This document shows, in pieces, positions 37,903 through 50,647 of a stretch of DNA of 64,000 nt. Numbering within the stretch: the stretch's first letter is position 1; each line of letters opens with the position of its first letter. The position numbers were made by a program, and so were the translations under genes. The notes beneath the pieces were generated by a model. The model saw only the letters and a list, made by a program, of their open reading frames with translations. It did not search any database and had not been told where the DNA came from. This stretch comes from Mobula hypostoma (taxonomy: Eukaryota). Location of the stretch: positions 119,352,001 through 119,416,000 of the forward strand of contig NC_086097.1 in the NCBI RefSeq assembly GCF_963921235.1, given 5' to 3'.

Positions 37903-39094
37903 TATTATCATTCAGCTAGTCCAGAGGAGGTTATATGCTGTATCTTATTGTAATTTATGTTTTTTTTATGCATTGCACTGTTCTGCTGCCACAAAACAAC
38001 AAATTTCATGACATATGCCAGAAATATTAAACCTGATTCTAATTTTGATTCTGAACTCCACATAGCTTCTTTAATCATGTAAAAAGATGACAGATTCATA
38101 GTGTCATAGAGCACTAGAGCACAGAAACAGGCCCTTTGGCCAGCCTAGCCCATGCTGATCTATTAAACTGCCTCATGACATTGACCTGCTCCTGGACCAT
38201 AGCCCTCCAAACCCCTCGCATCCATATAGTTATCCAAACGTCTCTTAATTGTTGAAATCGAACCCGCATCCACTGCTTCCACTAGCACCTCATTCAATAC
38301 TCCCCCTTGATCATGCAAAATTCCTCATCGCAGTTATCTAGGAATTAGTGAGCTGTCCCAAGCGTCCTCTTATGATTGTACGCACAATGTGCCGATCTCT
38401 TCTATCACAATCCCTGGCTACCACCAGGAGTACTTTTCACTATGGGCATGACAGAGTGGCATTCAGAAGGGAAGTGGTTGCCCTCAAGTCTTAACATTGA
38501 CTTTAGTCCTGTGAAGTCTGCCAGCATTGAGCCAGCAAGGTGAAGGAAATCTTCAGGTAACAGTACTGATTATCCTACCACACCTACCATCCACCATCAG
38601 GTGCTGTTGAACAACACTTGAAAGAAGCATGACACCAAGTTTAGTTTGGTGTCACCTTAAGGCATGTGATTGCATCTGCATGCTGGGTCCAGGACAAGTG
38701 ATCCAGTATGTTAATATGAATGAATTTAAAGCGCTAACTTATCTTATTATTGCAGTTTGGCAATACAGTTCATCACTCGCTCATGCACCGGGGAGAGTGG
38801 TGCACAGCAGTGGATCAGATAAAAAAAATGAATACAGCCCCTTCCATTCAGTGCACTCCAGAACAAGTTCAACATTGAAGGGAGATGTCTAATGAACTGG
38901 TGTCTGAAGCTCCACCTCTCAGGTGTCTGACTCCTGTGTTGCAGCATAGATGGACAAGGGGTGAAGGACAGCAAAAGCAGAGGCATAAGCACACAACAAC
39001 AGTAGCGGGGTAAGCGCATTCTTCCCTTCATATCCTTTCAACTGTTCATATGATCATTACTGATTTTTCAACTTCTGTGTCACTCTACCACTAA

Positions 39095-39645
39095 ACAATG
39101 TTAGCATTTCTTTCAAGAGGAGCAGAATATGAAAACAAGGATGTAAGGCAAAGGCTTTATTGCTCAGACCATACTTGAGGTACTGTGAGCAATTCTGGGC
39201 CCTTCATCTATGAAAGGACGTGCTGGTATTGGAGAAGGTCCAAGAATGATACCGGGAATGAAAGGGATAGCGTTGAGGAGGATTTGAGGTCTCTGGATCT
39301 GTACTCACTGGAGTTTACAAGAATGAGAGGGGATCTCATTGAAAACTATGGAATAAGATAGAGTGGACCAGAGGGCATAGCCTCGGAATAAAAGGATGTC
39401 CCTTTAGAAGAGATGAGGAGGAATTTCTTTAGCCAGAGGATGGTGAATCTATGGAAGGCTGCGGAAACCAAGTGACTGGGTATATTTAAAGCAGAGGTTT
39501 ATAGATTCTTGTTTAGTAAGGACGTCAAAGGTTATGGGGAGATGATAGGAGAATGAGGTTGAGAGGGATAATAAATCATCCATGATGAAATGGCAGAGCA
39601 GACTTGATAGACTGAATGGACTAATTCAGCTCTGTGTCTTATGGT
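39095..39645 (+). mobile_element. CR1 3' fragment
   Basis: Similar to 27833-28345 and 50000-50540. Confidence 0.8.
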
Positions 39646-39899
39646 CTAAACTCATTTCCCTTAATATCTCTTATTATCTAAAGATGCATAATTTCTGTTT
39701 CGATTGGGTCTCAAAAGTTGTCTTGGAGAGAGTATTTGAAAGAGTCACTATTCTTCTGACAAGGTTTTTTTTTATCTCTCTCCTAAATGGACAATTAGTT
39801 ACTCTGAATGTAAATCAAAAGAAAAATCCTACTGACTGCAATTTTCCTCTTTATCCGCCTGTCCTTTTTCACAGCCTCACTTCACTATGCATCTAATTG

Positions 39900-40110
39900 T
39901 ATACTAACTTCCCCATCCTCAGCCCTATCACAATGGTTCCCATCCTCCTGCCAAATTAGTTTAAACAATTCCCAACAGCTTTAAAAATTCTGCCCACCTG
40001 GATATTGGACCCCCTCAGGTTCAGGTGTAAACCATCCTTTTTGTAAAGATCGCTCCTCCCCCAGAAGAGAATCCCAAAGATCCAGAAATTTGAAACCTGC
40101 CCCTACACCA
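39900..40110 (-). mobile_element. CR1 ORF1 SGNH-esterase C-terminal remnant
   Basis: Minus translation LFWGRSDLYKKDGLHLNLRGSNI...LN* contains the DxxH block typical of CR1 ORF1 esterases. Confidence 0.7.
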
Positions 40111-40506
40111 ATTTCACTACTAATCTACACTCACAAGTCTACAAATGAAGACCAATTGACAGAAGTTATTAGATTCTCTCATGATAACACTGACACCAGA
40201 ACCATAGTCCAGGGAAATGGACCTTACAGCCAGTAATCTGGGCCACACCCTCCAAATAATCTGGGCCACACCCTCCAAGGACCTGCCTCTCGGTTTTATT
40301 TTTGCACTACCTTACTTTCCCTGTTCTATTTTCTATTTATGGTTTATAATTTAAATTTTTAATATTTACTATCAATTTGTACTCCAGGGAGCACGAAGAG
40401 CAGAATCATTTATCGCTGTGATGATTGTACGCTCTAGTATCAATTGTTTGGTGACAATAAAGTATAAAGTAAAGTAAAGTAATCGTTGTCAGGTAGAAGA
40501 AAGTAT

Positions 40507-41420
40507 GAATCAGAATCAAAATCAGATTTAATATCACTGGCGTATGTAATGAAAATTCCTTTTATCTTGCAGCAGTACCTTGCAATTATAATAAAAAAAG
40601 AACTATAAAATACAATAAGAAATAATATTAAGAGAAAATTAAATTGAATAAGTAATGCAAAAAAGAGCGAAATATGAAGGTAGTGTACATTGGGTGATCA
40701 GAATCCTTAATGATGGATGCTGCCTTCTTGAGTCATTAACTTTTGAAGGTGTCTTCAATGCTGGGAAGGCCAGTTTCCGTGCTGGAGCTGAGTGAGTTTG
40801 CTACCCTCTGCAGCTTTTCCCGATCATGTACAGTCACTCCTCCATACCAAATGGTGGTGCAACCAGTTTGAATGCTCTCAACAGTACGTCTGTAGAAATT
40901 TGCAAGCGTCTTTGGGGTCATACCAAGTCTCCTCAAACTCCTGATAAAATAAAGCTGATGTTGTGCCCTCTTTGTAATTGCCTCAATGTGTTTGACCCAA
41001 AATAGGTCTTCAGAGATATTGATACCCAAGAACTTGAAACTGCTCACCCTTTCCCCCATTGATCCCTCAATGGTGACTGGTGTGTGCTCTCTTGACTTTC
41101 CCTTCCTAAGGTCCACAATCAATTCTTTGGTCTTACTGACATTGAATGCAAGGTTGTTGTTGTGACACCACTTAACCAGCTGATCTACCTCACTCCTGTA
41201 TGCCTCCTTGTCACCATCAGAGATGCTGCCAACAATAGTTGTTTCACCAGCAAATTTATAGATGGTGTTTTAGCTGTGCCTGGCCACACAGTCATGGGTG
41301 TAGAGAGTACAACAGGGGGCTAAGCACGCTTGAGGTGTTGATCTTCAGCGACATGTTTTTTCCAATCTGCACAAATTGTGGTGATTTTGATGATGAAATT
41401 GAAACCTGGTTGTTGAGGTA
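40507..41420 (-). mobile_element. Rex1/Babar LINE fragment
   Basis: FKFLGINISEDL, QLYFIRSLRRLGM, FYRRTVESI; AATCAGAATC tail. Confidence 0.88.
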
Positions 41421-41499
41421 CCAATATAACCTGTATGAACTTCAATTTATATTGCTTTTATAATCTCAGATTCAGATTCATTAATTTATTTATTGCACG

Positions 41500-42110
41500 T
41501 TTGTTGTCCTCCATTGGTTGGAGTTGACAATGGATGTTGCAAGCTAGCTGACTACTTCATATGTATGACAGTATACAAGCAAGCCAGGGCAGTACGCCAT
41601 GGACAGCAAGTTGTTGCCTGTGCAGCAGGCTCCCCCTCTCCATGCATCTGAAGAATTCACAGGAACGGCAGGACTGATACAGTTTAGCACCAGCAGTATT
41701 GCAGGATTTTCTAGTCAGCATTGAACTCAACTTTGGACTGCCTTAGGGACTCCAGCTCTGGATTTTCCCTCAGATTTTACTCCAGAAGTCTTCCCCATGA
41801 GTGGGTATAGCCACCTGCAAGGCGGCAGAGGTTTAAGATCAGAGCTTTCTTCTCCTAGATGAACTATCAACTATGGCTGATGAGCCACATCTACCCAAAG
41901 TGACTAGTTTAAAAATGCTAGTAACCCATCTTTGCCCCTTCTCCTGTCAGTTAATGGTTCCACCAGGCTTACTAGCTAAGCCACACATGAAGGTCAGAAG
42001 TTGGACTTGGTTGACAGAGGCTAATTGAGACACAAGGCATTGGGAGCATTTACTAGGTAGTGTGAGCTTGTCCACACCACCTCCCCTGGCTATGACAGCC
42101 TTAAGGAACC
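41500..42110 (-). mobile_element. Non-autonomous retroelement sharing a 3' segment with the SINE at 18695
   Basis: Minus GGTGCTAAACTGTAT...GCATGGAGAGGGGGAGCCTGC resembles 18820-18900. Confidence 0.5.
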
Positions 42111-42569
42111 TTATCACATGTACACCACAAAAAAACAATGAAACTCATCATTTGCATAACAACTAACTCAACCTAAGGATGTGCTGACGGCAAGTGTCGA
42201 CACACTGTGTGCTGACAATGATCAGCAAATCAACGTAGAACACAATGAAACAGGGGAAAAAAAGCAAGCGATGAAACTACAACAGCAAATCAAGCCTCAT
42301 TCCTTCCTACCAGCCATCCACACACACATGGATAGTCCTCCAAATCTCGGACCTCCAGTTTCCAGTTTTGACAATTGGACTTCAATCTCCAGATATCTGA
42401 TCAATCTTTGGGTTTCAGTCTTGGGTATTAACTCCTGGACTAGTCATTAATAGGACCCTGAACTCCAGGCCTTGATCCATGAGTTTGCCAACTCGCTGGC
42501 CCTCGTGCCTCTTGTTCACACCAATATTCAATGCCAGATCCCACCAACCTGGAAGCCCCTAAAACCATG

Positions 42570-43022
42570 TTAACACTTTTATTCCCGGGATCATTACCCT
42601 GAACCTTCTCTGGACCCTCTCGACTACAATGCATCCTTTCCTGGACAAGGGGTTCAAAACTGCTCACACTACTCCAAGTGAGGTCTGAACAATACTTTAT
42701 AAAGCCTCAGGATTGTATCTTTGTTTTTATATTCTGATCATTTTTATATGCTAACATTGTATTTGACTTCCTGATTAACGGTTCAACCTACAAGCTAACC
42801 TTCAGGGAATCCTGCATGATGATTTCCAGGATGAAACCTATGATTCACACCTATGATTTCTGAATTTGCTTCTCATTTAGGAAATAGCCTACATCTTTAT
42901 TCCTTCTACTAATATTCATGACCATGCACTTCATTACTTTTGGTGTACATATTCTATCTACCACTTCATTGCCTGTTCTCCTAATCTGTCTAAGTGCTTC
43001 TGCAGACTCTCTGTTTCCTCAA
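42570..43022 (-). mobile_element. Degenerate CR1 RT fragment
   Basis: Similar to 9360-9790. Confidence 0.7.
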
Positions 43023-43620
43023 CAAGACCAAATCTCGGAAGCTAGTTTGATATCACTGAGTAAATAATGGAACAGATTAATCGTTAATGGTGAAGTGGGC
43101 CGATAAGTAAAGGCATGACTAGCTTTGCCCATAGTCCTTTGATTGACCATGTTTATGATTCTGCTGGAGGATCTGGAAGAAGCAAACACTGTAGGTCAAT
43201 TGCATCAATAGCAAATGTATTCTAGATCAGGCAGAAATAAATATGAGTCAGGAATTCAACTAAATTTTATCTGAGTTTCCAACATCCTTTAAGAAAACTA
43301 CCATCATCCAGGTACCTAAGAAAAACAAAATAATGTGTCTTAACAACTAGCGATGATAAAATTAGCTTTATTTGTCACATGTACATTGAAACATAGACTG
43401 AGATGTGTTGTTTACATCAAATCGAATCAGTGAGATTTCTTCTTCTTCTTCATCCCGTCACATTTACTGGGACATAGGCCATCAATAGTAGATCACTAGA
43501 GTCCTCTGTCCTGGATCAGTCTTTCAAGTTGTCCCCAGGTGTAGCCCATCTTTGAAGGTCCTTCCTCCCCCAGGGATGAGGTCTTTGGAGCATCTGTTGG
43601 TGTTTCTGTTGTCCTGGATG

Positions 43621-43850
43621 TGTTGGGCATGTGGCCAAGTGGTTACAGTGTTCGTCTAGTGATCTGAAGGTCGCTAGTTCGAGTCTCAGCTGTGGCAGCG
43701 TGTTTGTGTCCTTGAGCAAGGCACTTAACCACACATTGCTCTAGTGTCTGTGCGAGGAGTGGTGTGGTGCCCCACACAGACTTCAAATCTGCGCCTTGTA
43801 AGACATGAAAATGCCCAACGCAGGTCTCTCATGGTCTGAGTCGACATCCC
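43621..43850 (+). mobile_element. tRNA-derived SINE nested in an oppositely oriented (AAG)n-tailed element (~43437-43910)
   Basis: Same head as 18695 (A box TGGCCAAGTGG, B box GTTCGAGTC); TSD C[C/T]TGGATG at 43613-43620 and 43851-43858. Confidence 0.8.
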
Positions 43851-44059
43851 CTTGGATGCAGTGGCTAGTCCCATGCCCTTTCGCAGTCGGGCTTAGAACA
43901 ATTCATGGCAGAGCCAGCATGGCATTACCATAATTCACCTTAAGGAATTTATTAACTCACTGATCTTAACCATAAGTCTTTGGAATGTGGAAGGACACTG
44001 GAGCACCTGGAGGAAAACCATGCGATCACATATGATCACGGGAGACAGCAGTGGGAATC

Positions 44060-44790
44060 AAACCTCATTTTAACTGCTGCTCCACAAGATTGCATCTTTA
44101 GCCCCCTACTCTACTCACTGTACACTCATGATTGCCTGGCCAGATTCTGCTCTAACTTCACCTTCAAGCTTGCAAAATATCCCTGTGGTGGGCCAGGTCT
44201 CAATTAATGAATTGTTGGAGTACAGGATGGAGATGTAGGGCATAGTATCATGGTGTCATGACAACAACCTTTCCCTAAATGTGGGCAAAGCTAAAGGTTT
44301 AGTAACTAACTTCAGGAAGGGGACTGATGCTTATACTCCTGTCTACATGAACAGTGTTGAGGGTGAGTGGGTTCAGAGCTTTAAGTTCCTAGGAGCTCCT
44401 GGCCGAACTACATAGACAGTGTCTCCATGAAAACTCACCAATGCCTCTACTTCCTTGAGAGGCTAATGAAATTTGCTACGTAGCTATCGACCCTCACCGA
44501 TTTTAATCTTTTCATCCTATCTGGATGCATCAAAGTCTGGTATGGCAACTGCCCTACTTGTGAACACAGAATATGCAGATAGTAGAGGACACAGCTCAGC
44601 ATATCTCCAAAATTAGCCTGCTCTTCATGAAATCTGTTCATAATTCTCACCTCCTCAGTAAATCAGCCAGTATAATCAAAGACCACACTCACTCTGAAAC
44701 TTCTCTCTTGCCCCACTCTCTCATCAGGTAGTAGATATAAAAGCCCAAAACCACCAGGCTCAAGGAGTCTGTTATAAGACTGTAGATTGG
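44060..44790 (+). mobile_element. Degenerate Rex1/Babar fragment
   Basis: APQDCIFSPLLYSLYTHDC. Confidence 0.8.
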
Positions 44791-46694
44791 TTTCCTAGTA
44801 CAATAACATGGATTTTTGACCTCAGAATCTGTTAAGTTAGCTTATTAATACTGTCAGTTTCAACCCATTATATCTGGACCTTTATTGAATTTCCTTCTTT
44901 GACACAGGTTCAACATTTTGGAACTTCCCATCTAACAGCACGGTTATCACCTTCATTATGATTTACTGCTTCAGATTTTTTAGTTTGTTTTAATTATAGA
45001 TTAGATGGCAAATATCATAATCACACATATGCTTTAATGATGGTATAAATTGCATTTGATAATTCCTTTCAAATTCATGCAGTAAAGTGGACAATTATCA
45101 TAAAGTTTTATTATCAAGGCAATCTGAAATTTGTTACATTTGGTTGGAACCAGAAATCTGAAGTGCATCATAATCATCAGGGAACTTTGTTTATATGTGT
45201 TACTTAATTTCAAATGAATTCACCTCCAGCATAAGGTACTATCATCTCATTCCCATCCCCCAGAGTGCCAAATTTCTTGGCTTTTCCCTTCTCTGTCTTC
45301 CAGTTTATCAGCTGTAAATTTATTGAAAATGTCATTTCGTACCAAAGTAAGTTCAGTCCTATATCATCCATATTTGGATCTTTATCACATATTCTTTTAT
45401 TTTCTGTATTAAAAAAGGAAATCATGCATGATCATGGGATTACCATCTCACATTATTAATGTCCTGTTGCTGATTTAAAGTAGAAACGTTATTGTTCTGT
45501 TTCTATTAGAAGTAGAAATTATTCCATAGATACAACCGTAGATAATATTATGCATGATTGTGCAAAGCCTGAAGATTTTCTCACTAAATTTCCTTCTCTT
45601 AGGACTACTTTAACCAGGGTGTTGATCCATTAAAGTTAACTTCATTAATATCTATTTAACTAAGAGGATAATAATTTGACCTAAGTATTTTAAATAATTT
45701 CTGGCCTATATATATATATATATATATTTCAATTTAACTACAGCCTGACAAAATGTACTTAAAATCCAAACAACTTGGCATCCTGGTTGTTCCCAGTTAC
45801 TTACATTAATTTATTTCTGTACAACACAATAATTTGCAATATTTGCTTTGTTTAATGGCATGGATTTTTCTCAGCTTGCCTGCTCTATGTTTGAGATACT
45901 AAGAAGAATAAACTACATGGTAGAAGGCCGCTACCTCAAATCTTGCATCAAGAACAGAGTGATTTTCACTTTTCTCCCTCCATCCCATCTCCCATTCGCC
46001 CCTCCTTTTCTAAACTACCTCATTACATCTAAGATGTACATTTGCTCATTAAATAGAATGTAGCACATAGGAGGAGTGCAGAACAGAAACAGGCACTTTG
46101 TCCCTCAATGTTGTGCTAAGCTAATTAAACTGGTAATTAAAACATATGGAACTATTCTTCTCTGTGAACATAAGCTCACATGCCTCCATTCTCTATATAT
46201 TTGGATACCTATCTAAGAACCTCTTAAACCCCTCTATTCTATTTGCTTACACTACCACCCCCATCAATGCATTCCAGGCACCCACTAATATGTGCAAGAA
46301 ACTTGCACCACACATCTCTTTTGAAGTTTACACCTCTCATATGAAATACATGCCTTTTAGTATTAGACATTTCAACCCTGAGGAAAAATAAAATCCAGCT
46401 AGCCAGAGTTATATAAAGCTACAACATAACTGCTTCACTCTTGAACTCAATGCCTGATCTAATAAAGGCTCGCATGCTCTTCATCCTGCTGATGAAGGAT
46501 CTCCTTTGCTTTTTGAGAAGGTCACAGTTTAACACTGCCTCTTAAACAGATTTCTGTCCTTATGATTTCTGTCCTAAATGACCAACCATTTTCTCAAGGC
46601 ACTGGAATTCTTTCTGTTCCTCAAAATATTCATTAACCATCCTCATATTCTCATATGAATAGAATTGAGATACATCCTCAAATATCAGTTCCAT

Positions 46695-48620
46695 TCTATT
46701 CCCCTTGGTTCAGTCCCTTCTCATCTACATCCACAACATTCCTCATGCCCTCGATCTCCTCAGTGCCTTTCCATTCCCTGCCCTGACCGTCTTATCTTCA
46801 CTATGGATGTTCAGTGCCTATACACTTCTGTCCTCCATCAGGAAGGCCTCAAAGCCCTCCACTTCTTCCTTGACAAAATGCCAATCAGTCTCCCTCCATC
46901 AGAAACTTCCTCCATCTGGCAGAACTAGTCCTCACCATGAGCAGTTGTCCTTCGGCCCCTCTCACTTTCTCCGGACTCAGGGGGTAGCCACAGGCACTCA
47001 AATGGGCCCAGACTATTCTTACGTCTTTGGTGGTTATGTAGAACAGTCTACGTTTAAAGCCTCCCCCGCATATACTCCCCAACTCTTCCTCTGCTATGTT
47101 AACTGCGCTGGTGCTGCTTCATGCTGAACTCATCAATTTCATTAACTTTGCCTCTCACTTCCACACTGCCCTTAAATTCACTTGGGCCATCTCTGACACC
47201 TCCTTCCTCTTTCTTGATCTTTGTGACCTCTGGAGACAAACTGTCAACCAACATCTTTTCTAAAACTACTGATTCCCCTGTTTATTTTGACTATACCTCT
47301 TCCCACCCTATCTCCTATAAAAATATATTCCCTTTTCTCATTTTCTTTGACTCCACTACATCCCAGGATGTGACTTTCCATTCCATGACATCAAAGATTA
47401 CCTCCTTTTTTAAAGAACAAGGGTTCCCTCCCTCTACTGTTGATGCTGTCCTCACCTGCATCTCCTCCATTTCCCATTCATCCATACTCACCCCATTCTC
47501 CCACCATTGTAATAGTGATAGAGTCCTTCTTGTCCTTACCTACCATCCCATCAGCCTCTGCATCCAACTCATTCTCCTCTGTAACTACCACCATCTCCAA
47601 AGGGATCCTACGATAAACCTATCTGTACCTCTTGCCCCACCCTCTGTTTTCTGCAGGGATTGCTCCCTCCATAATTCCCTTGCTCATTTGGCCCTCCCCT
47701 CTAATCTCCTTCCAGGCACTCATTCCTGCAAGTGGCTTAAGTGGCAGACTTGCCCATACACCTCCTCTCTCACCTCCATTCAGGACCCCAAACAGTCCTT
47801 CCAGGTGAGGCAACACTTCACTTGTGAGTCTGTTGGGGTCATCTATTGCATCCGGTGCTCGGTGTAGCCTCCTCTACATCGGTGAAACCCGACGCAGATT
47901 GGGGGACCGCTTCGTCAAGCACCTCTACTCCGTCCGCCACAACAAACAGGATCTCCCGGTAGCCACCCACTTCAACTCTGCTTCCCATTCCCATTCAGAT
48001 ATGTCCATACATGGCCTCCTCTACTGCCATGATGAGGCTAAACTTAGGTTGGAGGAGCAACACCTCATATACCGTCTAGGTAGTCTCCAGCCCCTTGGTA
48101 TGAACATAGAATTCTCCAACTTCCAGTAATTCCCTTCCCCTCCCTTCCTCTATCCGTATTTCACTCTACCCCTCCCCCAGCTCCCTCATGGTTTCACCTC
48201 CTTCTTCTACTACGCATTGTTTTCAGGGCTATGACGTCAATGCTTCCCCTCCCCCATCCCTTTGTCTTTCAAATTACTGGTCTTTCAACTGAAGCTATAA
48301 GCATTCTTCAAATCCTTCCCCATCTTTCATTCTTCAGTCCTGACGAAGGGTTCCAACCCGAAACGTCGACTCATCATTTCTAACTGATTCTGCCCGACCT
48401 GCTGAGTTCATCCAGTGTACTGAAAGTGTTGCTTTTGGCTTCACCTATCACCTTGTCACTAACCTCCTTCCTCTCTCCCCAACATTGTATTCTGGCATTG
48501 ATCCCTTTCCTTCTCAGTCCTCCTCGTGAAGGCTCTTGTCCTGAAAAGTTGACTGTTTACTCTTTTCCATATAAGCTGCTTAACCTGCTGAATTCCTCCA
48601 GTGTTTTGAGCATGTTCCAT
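46695..48620 (+). mobile_element. Penelope-like element(s): degenerate RT plus better-preserved GIY-YIG and two successive pLTR ends
   Basis: IFTMDVQCLYTS, GVATGTQMGP, LVLTYHP, YCIRC..CSLLYIGETRRRLGDRF...LEEQHLIYRLGSLQP. Confidence 0.9.
48336..48371 (+). ncRNA. Minimal type-I hammerhead ribozyme motif (intact, variant stem II)
   Basis: AGTC-CTGACGA-A-GGGT(TCCA)ACCC-GAAA-CGTC/GACT. Confidence 0.85.
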
Positions 48621-48814
48621 TGACAATCTCACCTCTTTCTTTAAATTGGTATCATCCCATTTCGAATTATGCCTCGTAAAGGTTCAAGGTACAATGTAAT
48701 TTCAGTCAGGTAGGAATGCATACAGCAATCTGCCAATTCTGCTGATGATAGAAGAACAGGTAAGGCTGTCCATAAACACAAGAAGTTTTGCAGATGCAAG
48801 AGTATACCATAAGT

Positions 48815-50543
48815 TTCTTGAGGATACCAAAGTTTCTTCAGATATGTAAAGAATAAAGGAGAATGGAGAGTAGATATTGGACTCCTGGAAAATGATGCAG
48901 GTGAGATAGTCATGGGGGACAAGGAAATGGCAGACAAACTGAGTAAGTGTTTTGCATCCATCTTCACTGTGGAAGAAACTACCATTATGCTGGAGGTTTG
49001 AGAGTGTCCTGGAGTAGACGTAAGTGAACTAGGGAGAAGGTGTTTGAGAAATTGAGAAGGCTGAAGATAGATAAGTCACCTGGACCGGATAGGCTACACC
49101 CCAGGGTTCTGAAGGAGGTGGCTGAAGAGATGTGGAGGCATCAGTAATGGTCTTTCAAGAATCAATGGATACTGGAATGTTTCTGGAGGACTGGAAAATT
49201 GCAAATGCCATTCACTCTTCAAGAATGGAGAGAGACAGAAGAAAAGAAATTACAGGCCAGTTAATCTGATCTTAGTGATTGGGAAAATGTTGGATTCTAT
49301 TTTTAAGGATGTGGTCTCATGGTACTTGGAAGCACATGATTAAAAAAGGCCAATATCAGCGTGGTTTCCTTAAGGGGAAATCTTGCCTGACAAATCTGTT
49401 GGAATTCTTTGAAGAAATAACAAGCAAGATAGACAAAGAAGAATCAGTGGATGTAGTGGTACTTGAATTTTGCAAGGTGTTACACATGAGGCTTCTTAAT
49501 AAGTTAAGAGCACATGATATTACAGGAAAGATATTAATATGGATAGAGAATTGGCTGATTGGCAGGAGGCAAAGAGTGGGAATAAAGGGAACCTTTTCTG
49601 GTTGGCTGCCAATGACTAGTGCTGTGTTGGGACTGCTTCCTTTTACCTATATGTCAATGATTTTGATGAAGGAATTAATGACTGGGGCCAGATTTGCAGC
49701 TGATATGAAGATAGGTGGAAGGGCAGCTAGTGATGAGGAAACAGAGAGGCTATAGAAGGACAAACAGATTTGGAGAATGGGCAAAGAAGTGGCAGATAAA
49801 TACAGTGTCCAGAAGTGTATGTTCATATGCATAGTTAGAAAAAATAAAAATGTAGACTGTTTTCTAAATGGAGAGAAAATTCAAAAATTTGAGGTGCAAA
49901 GGGATTTGGGAGCTCTCATGCACGATTCCCTAAAGGTTAGTTTGCTGACTGAGTTGGTGGTAAGAAAGACAAATGCAAAGTTGGCATTCATTTTGAGAGG
50001 ATGTAATGTTAAAGCTTTATAAGGTGAGAACTCATTTGGAGTATTACGAGTGGTTTTGGGCTCTTTATCTAAGTAAGGATGTACATACATTGGAGAGGGT
50101 TCAAAGGAGGTTTACGAAAATGATTTTGGGAATGAAAGGCTTGTCATATGAGAAGTGTTTGATGGCTCTGAGCTGGTACTCACGGGAATTCAGAAGAATG
50201 GCGGGGGCGGGTGGCATCTCAATAAAATCCTATCTGATGTTGAAAGGCCTCAGTAGAATAGATTTAGAAGGATGCATCCTACGGTAGGTCATTCAAAGGC
50301 CAGATGACACAGCCTCAGAATAGAGGGACGGAGATGAGGAGTAATTTCTTTAGCTAGAGAGTGGTGAACCTGTAGAATTCATTGCCAAAGGCAGTTATGC
50401 AGACCAGGTCTTTGGTGTATATTTCAGGCAGAAGTTGATAGATTCTTGATTAGTCAGGGCATGAAGGGATACATGGAGAGGGCAGGAGATTTAGGCTCAG
50501 AGGGAAATCGATCCATATATCTGCTCCTATATCTTATGGTCTT
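48815..50543 (+). mobile_element. Degenerate CR1 ORF2/3' end
   Basis: GFLKGKSCLTNLLEFFEEIT; LERVQRRFTKMI. Confidence 0.9.
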
Positions 50544-50647
50544 CTGCTGGAAATGCACACACAAAATGCTAGGGGAACTCAGCAAATCAGGCAGTATCTG
50601 CTGGAAGGCATAAACAGTCAACATTTCGAGCCAAGACCCTTCATCAG
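50544..50647 (-). mobile_element. Penelope pLTR fragment beginning at the hammerhead core
   Basis: Minus CTGATGAAGGGTCTTGGCTCGAAATGTTGACTG (50647-50615). Confidence 0.75.
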
